Shown piece after piece: positions 39,650-51,154 of a stretch of 64,000 nucleotides of DNA; within the stretch, counting starts at the first letter, position 1, and the number at the start of each line of letters is the position of its first letter. The stretch covers positions 11,030 through 75,029 of the forward strand of contig CACKLF010000002.1 in NCBI GenBank assembly GCA_902600895.1. The letters run 5' to 3'. Source of the stretch: an uncultured Alphaproteobacteria bacterium (GTDB taxonomy: Bacteria > Pseudomonadota > Alphaproteobacteria > Rhodobacterales > Rhodobacteraceae). The translations under genes were made by a program, and so were the position numbers. The notes under the pieces are model-generated. The model was given only the letters and a program-made list of their open reading frames with translations. It searched no databases and was not told the origin of the DNA.

Positions 39650-40996
39650 TTAATACACGAAATTCTTTTCGATATCGGACCAACAGTCAATGTAGTTGTC
39701 CTGCATAGGGGCTTCTGTCGCTGAATATTCTGTAAGGTGTTGGGGAAATCTTGTTTCAAACATGAATGACATTGTATTCTCTAATTTTGTTGGTGCAAGC
39801 TCACCATTGGATGCCTTTTCAAAAGCATCCTTGTCGGGTCCGTGGGGTAACATCATATTGTGAAGGCTCATGCCTCCAGGAACGAACCCTTCAGGTTTGG
39901 CATCGTATTGGCCATAAATATTTCCCATTAGCTCTGACATAATATTTTTATGATACCAAGGGGGTCTAAAGGTCTTTTCTGCCACTGACCACCTTTCTCG
40001 AAAGAGCACAAAATCAATATTTGCTGTTCCATTAATTCCGGAGGGGGCAGTCAACACTGTGTAAATTGAGGGATCAGGGTGATCAAAAAGTAATGCTCCA
40101 ACCGGACAATAGTTGGAAAGGTTATATTTGCATGGGCCATAATTTCCATGCCACGCTACTACGTCTATCGGACTATGGTTAATTTCCGTGATATGAAATT
40201 GACCACACCATTTAATTGTTACTTTGGATGGTGCATCAATATCCTCATAATAGGCAACTGGTGTTTTAAAGTCTCTCCTATTAGCCAAACAATTTGCACC
40301 TATTGGACCCCTGTTGGGCAGAGAAAATTTTTGCCCATAGTTTTCACATATAAACCCACGGCAGGGTCCTTTCATTACTTCTACCCTGTAGACAAGACCT
40401 CTTGGTATTATGACTATTTCTTTAGGGGAAGCTTCAATAATCCCAAGCTCAGTAACAAACCGAATTTCTCCATCTTGGGGAACAACTAGAAGCTCTGAGT
40501 CAGCAGAATAAAAATATTCATTTTGCATGGATTGTGTCACAAGATAGACATGGCTGGCCATTCCAACTTGAGTATTAACATTTCCAGCCGTGGTCATAGT
40601 GCGAATGCCATCAATCCAATTTTGATTGGCTTTACTATGTGGTATTGGATCCCAACGATATTGCCCAAGGCTTACAATATCATCAATAATATTGGGGGCA
40701 GACTTCCAGTGAGGAACATCAATTTTCTTATATCTATGTGAATGTTTAACAGACGGTCGTATACGATAACACCAGGTCCTCTCATTTTGATGGTTTGGTG
40801 CCGTAAAAGCTGTACCAGATAGCTGCTCTCCGTAAAGGCCATAACTACATTTTTGGGGACTATTTCTACCTTGAGGTAAGGCACCAGGTAATGCTTCTGT
40901 TTCAAAATCATTTCCAAAACCAGACATATATTTAGTCCGGTTAGAAGCATAATCTGTTTTTTTACTAATTTCATTTTTAGCAGCTGGATAATTCAT
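39650..40996 (-). CDS. hmgA: Homogentisate 1,2-dioxygenase
   Basis: 448 aa. [26 protein letters not shown] and later NIMSELMG ... [12 protein letters not shown] are signature HgmA segments. Confidence 0.95.
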   Translation of the reverse strand: MNYPAAKNEISKKTDYASNRTKYMSGFGNDFETEALPGALPQGRNSPQKCSYGLYGEQLSGTAFTAPNHQNERTWCYRIRPSVKHSHRYKKIDVPHWKSAPNIIDDIVSLGQYRWDPIPHSKANQNWIDGIRTMTTAGNVNTQVGMASHVYLVTQSMQNEYFYSADSELLVVPQDGEIRFVTELGIIEASPKEIVIIPRGLVYRVEVMKGPCRGFICENYGQKFSLPNRGPIGANCLANRRDFKTPVAYYEDIDAPSKVTIKWCGQFHITEINHSPIDVVAWHGNYGPCKYNLSNYCPVGALLFDHPDPSIYTVLTAPSGINGTANIDFVLFRERWSVAEKTFRPPWYHKNIMSELMGNIYGQYDAKPEGFVPGGMSLHNMMLPHGPDKDAFEKASNGELAPTKLENTMSFMFETRFPQHLTEYSATEAPMQDNYIDCWSDIEKNFVY

Positions 40997-41016
40997 AAAA
41001 GTCTCCTAAGAAATAA

Positions 41017-41049
41017 TAGTTACTAACATAACAGTTGTTTTTGTAACTA
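41017..41049. promoter_or_regulatory. Inverted repeat TAGTTAC-N19-GTAACTA in the hmgA/marR divergent spacer (candidate operator)
   Basis: A 7-bp perfect inverted repeat lies inside the 58-nt spacer between the divergent hmgA operon and the MarR gene. The half-site GTTACTAAC / GTAACTAAC is also directly repeated. No experimental support. Confidence 0.3.
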
Positions 41050-41054
41050 ACAAT

Positions 41055-41510
41055 ATGTATTATTTGAACATGATCAAGAATAAGCCTTTTTATATTGAAA
41101 ATTTCCTTCCATACATTCTCACACAAGCTGCTGAAGCAGTAAGTGCCGAATTTCAGAGTTATTATAAAAAAAAATATGGAATATTACGAACTGAATGGAG
41201 AGTTTTATTTCACCTTGGTAGTTTTGGACAAATGACAGCAAGGGATATTGGAATTAGAGCAAAAACACATAAGACAAAAATTAGTAGGGCTGTATTTAGA
41301 TTAGATAAAAATAACCTAATAATGAGAACTAGCTCAGAAAAAGATCGACGCATCGAACTATTATCCCTTACCAAGAAGGGTACTGGAGTATATAATGATC
41401 TAAAAACTGAGGCGGAGTTATTTGAAGAAAAGGTTTCAGAAAACTTTAGTGACAATGAGATTGCTGTCTTGAAAAGATGCTTGGAAAAAATCGAAAAGCA
41501 ATTTATTTAG
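41055..41510 (+). CDS. MarR family transcriptional regulator
   Basis: 151 aa with a winged-helix region (WRVLFHLGSFGQMTARDIGIRAKTHKTKISRAVFRLDKNNLI..DRR). It is divergent from the homogentisate operon. Confidence 0.85.
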   Translation: MYYLNMIKNKPFYIENFLPYILTQAAEAVSAEFQSYYKKKYGILRTEWRVLFHLGSFGQMTARDIGIRAKTHKTKISRAVFRLDKNNLIMRTSSEKDRRIELLSLTKKGTGVYNDLKTEAELFEEKVSENFSDNEIAVLKRCLEKIEKQFI

Positions 41511-41519
41511 GAGACAAAA

Positions 41520-42998
41520 TTGGATCAAAAAACTATTGATACTCTACGGTTAAAAAAAATATCACCTCAAGGTAATTTAATTGATGGAAAATTCTCACCA
41601 AGTATCTCTGGTGAATTTATTGAAGTTATTTCTCCAATCGATGGCAAGAAGTTGACGTCAATTCCAAGATCAAGGAACGAAGATGTGGATCAAGCCATTA
41701 AATCAGCCAAGGTAGCCTTTGACGATGGAAGCTGGTCTCTTCGAGCTCCATTGGATAGGAAAAAAGTACTTATTAAGTGGGCTAATTTAGTAGAGAAAGA
41801 AGCTCTAGAATTAGCTGTTCTAGGTGTAAGAGACAATGGTACCGAAATAAATATGGCATTAAAAGCCGAATCGCTTTCAGCTGCTAATACTCTCCGATAT
41901 TATGGTGAAGCAATCGACAAAGTTTATGGAGAAGTAGCTCCTACAGCGGATGGAATTTTGGGTTTAATAAAAAGAGAACCTGTGGGGGTTGTTGGAGCCA
42001 TTGTGCCTTGGAACTTTCCACTGATGATTGGGGCTTGGAAAATAGCTCCAGCCTTAGCAGCAGGAAATAGTGTAGTATTGAAGCCGGCAGAAACGGCGTC
42101 TTTAAGTTTATTAAGGCTGGCACAACTAGGATTAGAGGCAGGTTTGCCTCCAGGTGTCTTACAAGTTTTGACTGGATATGGGGCTGAAGTTGGAGAAGCT
42201 ATTGCTTTATCTAACCAGATAGATGTTTTAAGTTTTACAGGCTCAGGTGCCACTGGCAGAAAACTAATGGAATATTCTGCCAGATCTAATTTAAAAAGGG
42301 TATATTTAGAACTTGGTGGCAAATCTCCGAATATAGTTTTTAGTGATGCTCCTAATCTTGAATTAGCTGCTAGGACGGCTGTGAATGCAATGTTCAGAAA
42401 CAGCGGTCAGGTATGTGTTGCAGGATCAAGGCTTTTAGTAGAAAGTTCGATAAGTAAGATTTTTTTGGATATGCTTTGTAAATTTACAAAAGAACTTAAA
42501 GTGGGAGATCCGCTTACAATAAAAAATGACATAGGGGCTGTTCATTCGGAAGTGCAATTAAAAAAAAATTTAAATATACTTAAAAATGATATTGAAGGGA
42601 AAGTTATATTAGGAGGAGAGCGTATAAATATTGGAGATGGTGGGTTTTATATGTCTCCTACAATAGTAAACAATGTAGATACGAATTCTGAAATATTTCA
42701 AAATGAGATATTTGGACCAATACTGTCTGTTTCAACTTTTAAATCAGATAAAGAGGCCATATCAATGGCTAATAATACCTCCTATGGCTTAGCAGCTGGT
42801 GTATGGACCTCTAGTCTATCGCGTGCCCACAGAATGGCAGAAAAAATAAAGGCTGGAATGGTGACAGTTAATACTTATGCTGGTACGGACCTCACGGTGC
42901 CTATGCCGGGAATGAAGGAGTCAGGTAATGGTTCTGACAAGTCTCTACATGCATTGAACAAGTACACTAATCTGAAAACTCAATGGATCATGTTGTGA
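41520..42998 (+). CDS. NAD(P)-dependent aldehyde dehydrogenase
   Basis: 492 aa. Catalytic Glu motif LELGGKSP, catalytic Cys motif GQVCVAGSR, and cofactor motif FTGSGATG. TTG start in the track. Confidence 0.9.
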   Translation: MDQKTIDTLRLKKISPQGNLIDGKFSPSISGEFIEVISPIDGKKLTSIPRSRNEDVDQAIKSAKVAFDDGSWSLRAPLDRKKVLIKWANLVEKEALELAVLGVRDNGTEINMALKAESLSAANTLRYYGEAIDKVYGEVAPTADGILGLIKREPVGVVGAIVPWNFPLMIGAWKIAPALAAGNSVVLKPAETASLSLLRLAQLGLEAGLPPGVLQVLTGYGAEVGEAIALSNQIDVLSFTGSGATGRKLMEYSARSNLKRVYLELGGKSPNIVFSDAPNLELAARTAVNAMFRNSGQVCVAGSRLLVESSISKIFLDMLCKFTKELKVGDPLTIKNDIGAVHSEVQLKKNLNILKNDIEGKVILGGERINIGDGGFYMSPTIVNNVDTNSEIFQNEIFGPILSVSTFKSDKEAISMANNTSYGLAAGVWTSSLSRAHRMAEKIKAGMVTVNTYAGTDLTVPMPGMKESGNGSDKSLHALNKYTNLKTQWIML

Positions 42999-43152
42999 CC
43001 GTCTGGCCAACTAAGAAAAATATTTATTCGAGTTTCTAAATCATATTATTTCTACAAAAGGACAAGCCTTGCTTTTTTTTTATTTTTAGAGTAGTTAGAG
43101 CGTCCATTTTAAAGCACATAGTCTAAAAAGTGCGTTTGGGAATGGTTTCATG

Positions 43153-43177
43153 AGTAGAAATTTTGGAAATTTCTACT
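43153..43177 (+). promoter_or_regulatory. Perfect 11-bp inverted repeat (AGTAGAAATTT-TGG-AAATTTCTACT) ending 4 nt before the gltB ATG
   Basis: Read directly from the sequence. It could act as a DNA operator or as an RNA hairpin over the translation-initiation region. No obvious Shine-Dalgarno sequence lies between it and the ATG. Confidence 0.4.
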
Positions 43178-43181
43178 ACAT

Positions 43182-46100
43182 ATGAAATACGCTAGTCGAA
43201 AACTTAAAGGACAAAATTTGGTAGTTAAGCACAATAAATATACATCGTATCCACTTTGGAATACTCTTCCTAAGGGTAATGGGCGTTCGAAAAAGGTAGG
43301 TCTTTATGACCCAAAGAATGAGCATGACGCTTGCGGTTTAGGCTTTGTAGCGAATATTAAGGGTAAAAAGAGTCATTCAATTATTAAGGATGGTCTATAC
43401 ATATTAGAAAATTTGGAGCATCGTGGCGCAACTGGTGCTGATCCGCTTGTGGGTGATGGTGCCGGCATGTTGGTACAAATACCACATGATTTCTTCTGTC
43501 AAAGCCTTAGTGCTGATGGTTGTAAGTTACCAGAAAGAGGGGAGTATGCCGTAGGCTTTTTCTTTTTTCCGAAAGATGAAAAATTTCATGATGAAATTAA
43601 AACTAAGATATCCGAAATTTTGGCTACTTTTACGATGGATGTACTTCATTGGCGCAAAGTACCAGTAGATAACTCTTGTCTTTCGAAGGACCCTGAAATT
43701 AGTCGAAGCGAGCCAACACACTATCAAGCTTTTTTCAGCAAGCCGAAGGACTTAAGTGAAGATGAGTATGAGCGCAAATTATATTTAGTGAGAAGGGTTA
43801 TTTCAAATTCAGTATACGCTCATTTGAATTCAATGAAAGATTTCTATCCTGTGTCTCTTTCCTGCAGAACGGTAGTTTATAAGGGAATGTTCTTAGCTGA
43901 TCAGCTGGGCAAATATTTTTTAGATTTAAAGGATGAAAGTTTTGTTTCTGCACTTGCGTTGGTGCATCAGCGGTTCTCTACCAACACATTTCCGTCTTGG
44001 AGATTGGCACATCCTTATAGAATGGTAGCACACAACGGTGAAATTAATACCTGTCGAGGCAATGTTAATTGGATGGCAGCAAGGCAGGCAACCTTATCTT
44101 CGCCCCTTTTTGGAGCTGATATTGAAAAAATATGGCCTATAACTTATGAAGGTCAATCCGATACTGCGTCTTTTGATAATGCATTAGAGCTTTTGTTTCA
44201 GGGTGGATATTCTCTCTCTCATGCTATGATGATGCTTATACCAGAGGCATGGTCTGGGAATTCGTTGATGGATGAAAATCGTAAGGCTTTTTATGAGTAT
44301 AATGCTGCACTAATGGAACCATGGGATGGTCCTGCTGCTATTGCTTTTACAGATGGTAGACAGATAGGTGCTACTTTAGATAGAAATGGTTTAAGACCGG
44401 CCAGATATTGTGTTACCGAAGATGATAAGGTTATATTGGCCTCGGAGGCTGGAACATTACCTGTGGACGAAAGCAAGGTGATAAGAAAATGGAGATTGCA
44501 ACCTGGTAAAATGCTTTTAATTGACCTTGAGCAGGGTAAAATAATATCAGATGAGGAAATAAAAAATCAGCTTATTGAAAAAAACCCATACAAAGAATGG
44601 CTGGCAAAATCCCAAATAATTCTTGAGGACATTAAGGTTAAGAGATCAAGTGGAAGGGCTATCGATCAGTTAGATTTAAAAAATGGCCAAAAGGCATTTG
44701 GATATACACAAGAGGATATAAAGATTTTGATGACACCAATGGCTGTTACGGGTCAAGAAGCTATTGGCTCTATGGGAACTGATACACCCATTTCTGCGAT
44801 GTCTAATAAGTCCAAACTTTTATACACCTATTTTAAACAAAATTTTGCTCAAGTAACAAACCCACCCATTGATCCCATACGAGAAGAGTCGGTTATGAGT
44901 TTGGTATCTTTTATTGGGCCGCGGCCTAACCTATTTGAGGTTTCAAATGATCCTACTCGTAAAAGATTGGAAGTCAGACAACCAATATTAAAAAATTCTG
45001 ATTTGGACAAAATTAAATACATTAGCGAGATAAGTGACAGTCATTTCACTTCAAAGGTACTTGATACAACATATAATTCCGATAAAGGGCCAGCAGGAAT
45101 GGCTCCTAATATCCAGGCTCTTTGTGAGAAAGCTGAGAGGTCGGTTTCAAATGGCGATAATATCATCATTTTATCTGACAGACTATTTGGATCAGACCGA
45201 ATTGCAATTCCTGCTTTGTTGGCCACCGCTGCTGTGCACCACCACCTAATAAGAAAAGGTTTGCGTACTTCTGTAGGTATTGTGGTAGAATCTGCTGAGC
45301 CTAGGGAGGTACATCACTTTGCTGTTTTGGCGGGTTATGGTGCTGAGGCTATTAACCCATATTTAGCCTTCGATACTCTTTCTGAGATGCACAGCAAGGA
45401 TATCTTTCCTGAAGCAGTTGATAAGGATCAAGTCGTAAATCGTTACATTAAATCTATTGATAAAGGGTTGTTGAAGGTCATGTCGAAAATGGGAATATCC
45501 ACTTATCAATCTTATTGTGGAGCACAAATTTTTGATGCTGTTGGATTATCGACTGAATTTATAAACCAGTTCTTTACTGGAACTGCAACTCAGATTGAAG
45601 GGATTGGCCTTAAAGAGGTTGCGGAAGAAACATATAAGCGACATGTGGAAGCTTTTTCTGACGTTGCAGTTCTCAGACATGCTTTGGACGTTGGTGGAGA
45701 TTATGCTGTACGGCGGAGAGGAGAAACTCATGCCTGGACATCTGATGAAGTTACTAGCTTACAGCATGCAGCTAGAGGCAATAGTAGGGATCAGTATGAT
45801 TATTTCTCAAAATTAATAAATGAGCAGTCGGAGAGGCTTCTAACAATTCGAGGCTTATTCAAACTACGTACTGCAGAAGAACGGGGCAAGCGACCTGTTG
45901 ATATTTCAAAAGTTGAGCCAGCATCAGAAATAGTCAAGCGTTTTGCAACGGGCGCAATGTCATATGGGTCAATTTCTGCTGAGGCGCATGAAAACCTAGC
46001 AATTGCAATGAACCGCATTGGAGGAAAATCTAATACTGGCGAGGGTGGTGAAGAAGTCGAAAGATTTAGTATTTTAAAAAATGGAGACAGCAAGCGGTCT

Positions 46101-47924
46101 GCAATTAAACAGGTTGCATCGGGCAGATTCGGTGTTACTACAGAATACTTGGTGAATTCAGATATGATCCAAATTAAAATGGCTCAGGGCGCCAAGCCAG
46201 GTGAAGGTGGTCAATTACCTGGTCATAAGGTAGATGCAGTTATTGCAAAAGTGAGACATTCAACACCTGGAGTAGGTTTAATATCACCACCACCTCATCA
46301 CGATATTTACTCAATTGAAGATTTGGCACAGTTAATTTTTGACTTAAAGAATGTTAACCCAAATTCCGATATATCTGTCAAGCTTGTCTCTGAGGTAGGA
46401 GTTGGAACTGTTGCTGCTGGTGTCTCAAAAGCAAAGGCAGATCATGTTACTATTTCTGGTATGGAAGGTGGGACTGGTGCAAGCCCCCTCACATCAGTTA
46501 AGCACGCAGGCTCACCATGGGAGATAGGTTTGGCTGAAACTCACCAAACATTGATGAAGAATAAACTCAGAAATAGAATCGCTGTACAAGTCGATGGTGG
46601 GCTAAAAACTGGTAGAGACGTTGTTGTAGGAGCTTTACTGGGTGCAGACGAATTTGGTTTTTCCACGGCACCGTTAGTTGCATCTGGCTGCATCATGATG
46701 AGAAAGTGCCATTTAAATACTTGTCCAGTGGGAGTGGCGACTCAAGACCCGGTACTCAGGAAGAGGTTTACTGGTCAGCCAGAGCATGTGATAAATTATT
46801 TTTTCTTCGTTGCTGAGGAAGTAAGGGAAATAATGGCAGAGCTAGGCTTTTCAAAATTTGATGAGATGATTGGACAACTGGAGGTTTTAGATAAAGAAAA
46901 AGCGGTTGATCATTGGAAAGCAAACGGTTTAGATTTTTCTAATTTATTTCATGATCCTAGAGAGTCTATGGATACTGTTTCCTTTAATAGTGAAAAACAG
47001 TCTCATCCTATCCATGATGTACTTGATTTGGAGCTAATTGATAGTGTAATGCCTGCATTAGTTGATAAAACACCTGTAAATGTTTCATTCCCAATCAAAA
47101 ATAACAATAGATCTACTGGTGCCATGCTATCTGGTGAAGTTGCTAGACGCTTCGGACACAAGGGTCTCCCTGAAGATACCATAAGTATAAAGTTTAGTGG
47201 GATAACGGGGCAAGCATTCGGAGCATGGGTGTCTAAGGGTGTAACACTTGAAGTGGAAGGTGAGGCTAATGACTATGTGGGTAAGGGTTTGTCAGGTGGT
47301 AAATTAATCATTTATCCTCCAAAGGAAGCACAGAAAATAGTTCCAGAAAGTTCTATTATTGCAGGAAATACTGTTTTGTATGGAGCCATTGAGGGAGAGT
47401 GTTATTTTCGTGGTGTTGCTGGAGAGAGGTTCGCGGTTAGAAATTCTGGTGCTACAGCGGTTGTTGAAGGGGTTGGTGATCATGGTTGCGAATATATGAC
47501 AGGTGGCATTGTGGTAGTGTTGGGTAAAACGGGTAGAAATTTTGCTGCGGGTATGTCTGGAGGTATAGCTTATGTACTAGACAAGGATGGCACTTTTTCC
47601 AAGCGCTGCAATATGGCTATGGTAGAGTTGGAGCCAATTCCTGAGGAAGATGATCTGATGGAGTCTGAACATCATACTGGCGGAGATATAGAACATCATG
47701 GCAGAGTAGATATCTCCAAAGACATGACAAGACATGATGATGAAAGGCTTAGGAGGCTCATAGAGAACCATCATAAGTACACAGGTTCGAGTGTTGCCCA
47801 AGAAATATTAGACAATTGGGAATATTTCCGACAAAAATTCTTGAAAGTAATGCCAACCGAATATAGAAGAGCTTTAGAAGAAATTGAGATGCAGCAAAAG
47901 GCAGCTGTTGTAGCAGCTGAGTAA
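43182..47924 (+). CDS. gltB: Glutamate synthase (NADPH) large subunit
   Basis: 1580 aa with all four GltB domains. The Ntn amidotransferase has its nucleophile in ..[14 protein letters not shown], behind a ~50-residue propeptide if ATG 43182 is used. The central domain, the FMN domain ([18 protein letters not shown], CxxxxxC..C cluster) and the C-terminal GXGXG domain follow. Confidence 0.95.
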   Translation: MKYASRKLKGQNLVVKHNKYTSYPLWNTLPKGNGRSKKVGLYDPKNEHDACGLGFVANIKGKKSHSIIKDGLYILENLEHRGATGADPLVGDGAGMLVQIPHDFFCQSLSADGCKLPERGEYAVGFFFFPKDEKFHDEIKTKISEILATFTMDVLHWRKVPVDNSCLSKDPEISRSEPTHYQAFFSKPKDLSEDEYERKLYLVRRVISNSVYAHLNSMKDFYPVSLSCRTVVYKGMFLADQLGKYFLDLKDESFVSALALVHQRFSTNTFPSWRLAHPYRMVAHNGEINTCRGNVNWMAARQATLSSPLFGADIEKIWPITYEGQSDTASFDNALELLFQGGYSLSHAMMMLIPEAWSGNSLMDENRKAFYEYNAALMEPWDGPAAIAFTDGRQIGATLDRNGLRPARYCVTEDDKVILASEAGTLPVDESKVIRKWRLQPGKMLLIDLEQGKIISDEEIKNQLIEKNPYKEWLAKSQIILEDIKVKRSSGRAIDQLDLKNGQKAFGYTQEDIKILMTPMAVTGQEAIGSMGTDTPISAMSNKSKLLYTYFKQNFAQVTNPPIDPIREESVMSLVSFIGPRPNLFEVSNDPTRKRLEVRQPILKNSDLDKIKYISEISDSHFTSKVLDTTYNSDKGPAGMAPNIQALCEKAERSVSNGDNIIILSDRLFGSDRIAIPALLATAAVHHHLIRKGLRTSVGIVVESAEPREVHHFAVLAGYGAEAINPYLAFDTLSEMHSKDIFPEAVDKDQVVNRYIKSIDKGLLKVMSKMGISTYQSYCGAQIFDAVGLSTEFINQFFTGTATQIEGIGLKEVAEETYKRHVEAFSDVAVLRHALDVGGDYAVRRRGETHAWTSDEVTSLQHAARGNSRDQYDYFSKLINEQSERLLTIRGLFKLRTAEERGKRPVDISKVEPASEIVKRFATGAMSYGSISAEAHENLAIAMNRIGGKSNTGEGGEEVERFSILKNGDSKRSAIKQVASGRFGVTTEYLVNSDMIQIKMAQGAKPGEGGQLPGHKVDAVIAKVRHSTPGVGLISPPPHHDIYSIEDLAQLIFDLKNVNPNSDISVKLVSEVGVGTVAAGVSKAKADHVTISGMEGGTGASPLTSVKHAGSPWEIGLAETHQTLMKNKLRNRIAVQVDGGLKTGRDVVVGALLGADEFGFSTAPLVASGCIMMRKCHLNTCPVGVATQDPVLRKRFTGQPEHVINYFFFVAEEVREIMAELGFSKFDEMIGQLEVLDKEKAVDHWKANGLDFSNLFHDPRESMDTVSFNSEKQSHPIHDVLDLELIDSVMPALVDKTPVNVSFPIKNNNRSTGAMLSGEVARRFGHKGLPEDTISIKFSGITGQAFGAWVSKGVTLEVEGEANDYVGKGLSGGKLIIYPPKEAQKIVPESSIIAGNTVLYGAIEGECYFRGVAGERFAVRNSGATAVVEGVGDHGCEYMTGGIVVVLGKTGRNFAAGMSGGIAYVLDKDGTFSKRCNMAMVELEPIPEEDDLMESEHHTGGDIEHHGRVDISKDMTRHDDERLRRLIENHHKYTGSSVAQEILDNWEYFRQKFLKVMPTEYRRALEEIEMQQKAAVVAAE

Positions 47925-47957
47925 ATTAAAAGTTATAAATTGGGAAGTTGACATATA

Positions 47958-49394
47958 ATGGGTAAAGTTACAGGATTTTTAGAACTAGATCGACAAGATA
48001 GAAAATATCGCCCAGCTGCTGACAGAATTCGAAATTTCAAAGAGTTTTTGGTTCCATTGCCTGAGCAAGTGCTGAAAGACCAGGCTAGCAGGTGTATGGA
48101 TTGTGGAGTTCCCTTCTGCCATGACGTTAAAGGGCTTAAAGGCTGTCCCGTTAACAATCAAATTCCAGATTGGAATGATTTGGTTTACAGAGGTGATTGG
48201 GAGCAAGCTTCACGGGACCTTCATTCCACAAACAATTTTCCTGAGTTCACGGGGAGAATATGTCCTGCGCCTTGTGAAGCCTCTTGTACTCTAAATTTAA
48301 TTGACCAGCCAGTTACCATAAAATCTATTGAATGCTCTATAGTTGACAAGGCTTGGAAAAATGGATGGGTAAAACCAGAGGTCAACCTAAATAAAACTGG
48401 TAAGATTATTTCAATAATAGGATCTGGCCCTGCTGGAATGGCAGCTGCGCAGCAGTTGGCTAGAGCTGGTCATACGGTTCACGTGTATGAAAAAAATCAA
48501 AAAGCGGGTGGTCTGCTAAGATATGGAATTCCTGATTTTAAAATGGAAAAATTGCATATAGACCGAAGGGTTGAGCAGATGGAAGAAGAAGGCGTTGTAT
48601 TTCACACTGGGTCTCATGTTGGTGGTGATATATCTGTTGAAGCCTTACTTAATTCTTCAGATGCAGTTATACTAGCGGGTGGAGCTGAAAAACCTCGTGA
48701 TCTATCTATTCAAGGTAGAGAACTTGATGGTATTCATTTTGCGATGAATTTCTTGCCTCAGCAAAATAGACGTGTATCCGGAGAAAGGCTAGCTATGAAT
48801 TCTAATCCCATTTTAGCCGGTGGAAAGCACGTAGTGGTGATCGGTGGAGGTGATACAGGATCAGATTGTATAGGTACATCGATAAGACAAGGAGCATTAT
48901 CCGTAACACAGCTCGAAATTATGCCTGAGCCACCAGAAAAAGAGAACAAGTTATTAACTTGGCCCAACTGGCCACTGAAAATGAGGACCTCATCTAGTCA
49001 AGAGGAGGGTGCGGGTAGAGAATTTTCAGTAATGACAGAGAAATTCTCTGGAGAAAATGGCAGGGTATCTAAACTTGATTGTATAAAAGTGGATAAGAAT
49101 TTTGTTCCTATGAAAGGATCAGAATTTTATTTAAAAGCAGATCTTGTTTTATTAGCGATGGGTTTTGTTTCCCCTGAAACAAATGGTATGGTTTCTGACC
49201 TAAAATTAGATCTAGATAAGAAGGACAATGTCTTGGCAGATGATAGGGAATACAAAACTAGCCATGGTAAGGTATGGGTGGCTGGAGATATGCGTCGAGG
49301 TCAATCTCTTGTTGTGTGGGCTATTAGAGAGGGCCGTCAGTGTGCTCGAATGGTAGATCAATCTCTTATGGGCTATTCAAATTTGGCAATGTAG
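47958..49394 (+). CDS. gltD: Glutamate synthase (NADPH) small subunit
   Basis: 478 aa. N-terminal Cys clusters ([18 protein letters not shown]) and two dinucleotide folds ([32 protein letters not shown]). Confidence 0.95.
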   Translation: MGKVTGFLELDRQDRKYRPAADRIRNFKEFLVPLPEQVLKDQASRCMDCGVPFCHDVKGLKGCPVNNQIPDWNDLVYRGDWEQASRDLHSTNNFPEFTGRICPAPCEASCTLNLIDQPVTIKSIECSIVDKAWKNGWVKPEVNLNKTGKIISIIGSGPAGMAAAQQLARAGHTVHVYEKNQKAGGLLRYGIPDFKMEKLHIDRRVEQMEEEGVVFHTGSHVGGDISVEALLNSSDAVILAGGAEKPRDLSIQGRELDGIHFAMNFLPQQNRRVSGERLAMNSNPILAGGKHVVVIGGGDTGSDCIGTSIRQGALSVTQLEIMPEPPEKENKLLTWPNWPLKMRTSSSQEEGAGREFSVMTEKFSGENGRVSKLDCIKVDKNFVPMKGSEFYLKADLVLLAMGFVSPETNGMVSDLKLDLDKKDNVLADDREYKTSHGKVWVAGDMRRGQSLVVWAIREGRQCARMVDQSLMGYSNLAM

Positions 49395-49413
49395 CTATCT
49401 GGCGAGAGATTTT

Positions 49414-50328
49414 TTGTCTGATATCACAACACTTAATAGAGAAGCAAAAAGTTGGTTCCTATTAATTTTTCTGGGCTTCATTTGGGGCTTTTCGTTTTTA
49501 GCAGTAAGTATATCTCTAGAATCTTTTACACCTATACAAGTTGCGGCTTGTAGGATTACTTTAGGAGCCCTTGTTGTATTTTTGTTCTGTATTATATTTG
49601 GTGAACCGATACCTAGACTCAAACCTGCGGATGCAAAAGTTTGGAAGTATTGTTTGGGAATGGCTTTATTTTCGAATGTCATTCCATTTTGTCTATTATC
49701 ATGGTCGTTGCTTTATGTAGATTCTAGCTTTGCTGGGATTACAATGACAATGGTACCTCTTGCAGTTTTACCACTTGCTCATTTTTTTGGAAAAGGTGAT
49801 CTAATGACAAAGGGAAAAGTATTAGGTTTTTCAATTGGATTTCTGGGTGCAATACTCCTATTTGAACCATTTGAAAACTTTACCTTTGGGCTAAATGACG
49901 AGACTTTGACCCCAAAGCTAGTATGCTTTTTAGCAACACTTTGTTACGCGATTGGTTCCATAATTACCAGAAGGTCACCTCAATCAGTATCTAGTTTTAC
50001 TTTTAGTGCTGGTGCACTAATTTTGGCATCAATAATAATTTTACCACTTTCATTTCAATTTTCAGAACTTAATACTCCCTTGAGCGCAAAACCCATCTTA
50101 GCAATCCTATTTCTAGGTCTGATACCCACAGGTTTAGCCACCATTATTCTGGTATATTTAGTCAAAAATTCAGGTCCAAGTTTTATGAGTTTAGTGAATT
50201 ACCAAGTTCCACTATGGGCAATTGTTTTTGGGGTTCTATTTAATGAAGAAGTGCTTCCACCCACTCTTTTGATAGGTTTAGTTTTAATTTTTATGGGTTT
50301 ATTTTTTAGTCAATATAATAAGGGTTAA
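49414..50328 (+). CDS. DMT-superfamily (EamA) transporter
   Basis: 304 aa, 10 predicted TM helices in two EamA repeats. TTG start in the track. It lies 7 nt upstream of the hydrolase gene. Confidence 0.75.
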   Translation: MSDITTLNREAKSWFLLIFLGFIWGFSFLAVSISLESFTPIQVAACRITLGALVVFLFCIIFGEPIPRLKPADAKVWKYCLGMALFSNVIPFCLLSWSLLYVDSSFAGITMTMVPLAVLPLAHFFGKGDLMTKGKVLGFSIGFLGAILLFEPFENFTFGLNDETLTPKLVCFLATLCYAIGSIITRRSPQSVSSFTFSAGALILASIIILPLSFQFSELNTPLSAKPILAILFLGLIPTGLATIILVYLVKNSGPSFMSLVNYQVPLWAIVFGVLFNEEVLPPTLLIGLVLIFMGLFFSQYNKG

Positions 50329-50335
50329 ATAGAAA

Positions 50336-51151
50336 ATGATAGATTGGGATGATGCGTTTGATAATTCGTCATATATTGAGGGCTCTGAAAATTTAGATAG
50401 TATTTTGTTACAGAAATCTGCAGCGTTTAGAAAAGAGGTAAAAGAGGATGGCCTTTCTCAGATCGACCTTCGTTATAGTGAAAAGGAAAGATGTATTTTT
50501 GATTTTTTTAGAGCAAAGAGGAACCCTGAAACCGTCATAATTTTTATTCACGGAGGCTATTGGCATCAGTTGAGCAAAAGCCATTGGTCTCATCTAGCTT
50601 ATGCGGCTTATAAAAGTGAGTTGGGTTTTGCCATTCCAAGTTATTCATTAGCCCCGAATGTAACACTAGCAGAAATAACCGAGGAGATCGCAGTATTTAT
50701 TGAGTTTCTGTCACACCAAGTTTCATCTAGGTTTGTATTGATTGGGCATTCTGCAGGTGGTCACCTAGTCACGCGAATGAATTGTAAATCTTCTAATTTG
50801 CGAGAAAAGGTTAGAGATAGAATTTCTAAGACAATATCAGTAAGTGGCATCTATGATTTACAGCCAATTTTGAATACTAAACTAAATGAAGTTTTAGGAA
50901 TCGACCTTGATATAGCTAAAAGTGAGAGCCCAGTATTTCTTAAACCTTTTAATGGAAGTAATTTGATATTTTGGGTTGGAGCGGAAGAGAGGCCTGAATT
51001 TTTACGGCAAGTAGGCATAATATACGAAAAATGGAAGAAATTTGATATAAAATCAGAAATATATTTTGAGGGAGGCAAAGATCATTTTTCAGTGATTGAA
51101 GGAGTTCAGGATCAGAATTCATATATGTTTAAAAGAATTATAGGTAAATAA
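50336..51151 (+). CDS. Alpha/beta hydrolase (arylformamidase / kynurenine formamidase-like, HGG type)
   Basis: 271 aa. Oxyanion motif IHGGYWH, nucleophile elbow GHSAGGH, and a late His in KDHF. It sits directly upstream of kynureninase (3-nt gap). Confidence 0.65.
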   Translation: MIDWDDAFDNSSYIEGSENLDSILLQKSAAFRKEVKEDGLSQIDLRYSEKERCIFDFFRAKRNPETVIIFIHGGYWHQLSKSHWSHLAYAAYKSELGFAIPSYSLAPNVTLAEITEEIAVFIEFLSHQVSSRFVLIGHSAGGHLVTRMNCKSSNLREKVRDRISKTISVSGIYDLQPILNTKLNEVLGIDLDIAKSESPVFLKPFNGSNLIFWVGAEERPEFLRQVGIIYEKWKKFDIKSEIYFEGGKDHFSVIEGVQDQNSYMFKRIIGK

Positions 51152-51154
51152 GCG

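Noticed and set aside
41055-42998. The MarR and aldehyde dehydrogenase ORFs share a frame across a 9-nt gap.
   Set aside because: The stop is TAG and the two products are unrelated complete domains. There is no evidence for recoding.
43056-43081. Possible intrinsic terminator after the aldehyde dehydrogenase gene (AAGG-ACAAG-CCTT followed by a T9 run).
   Set aside because: The stem is only 4 bp. The T-run alone is common in this AT-rich DNA, so this is not strong enough to call.
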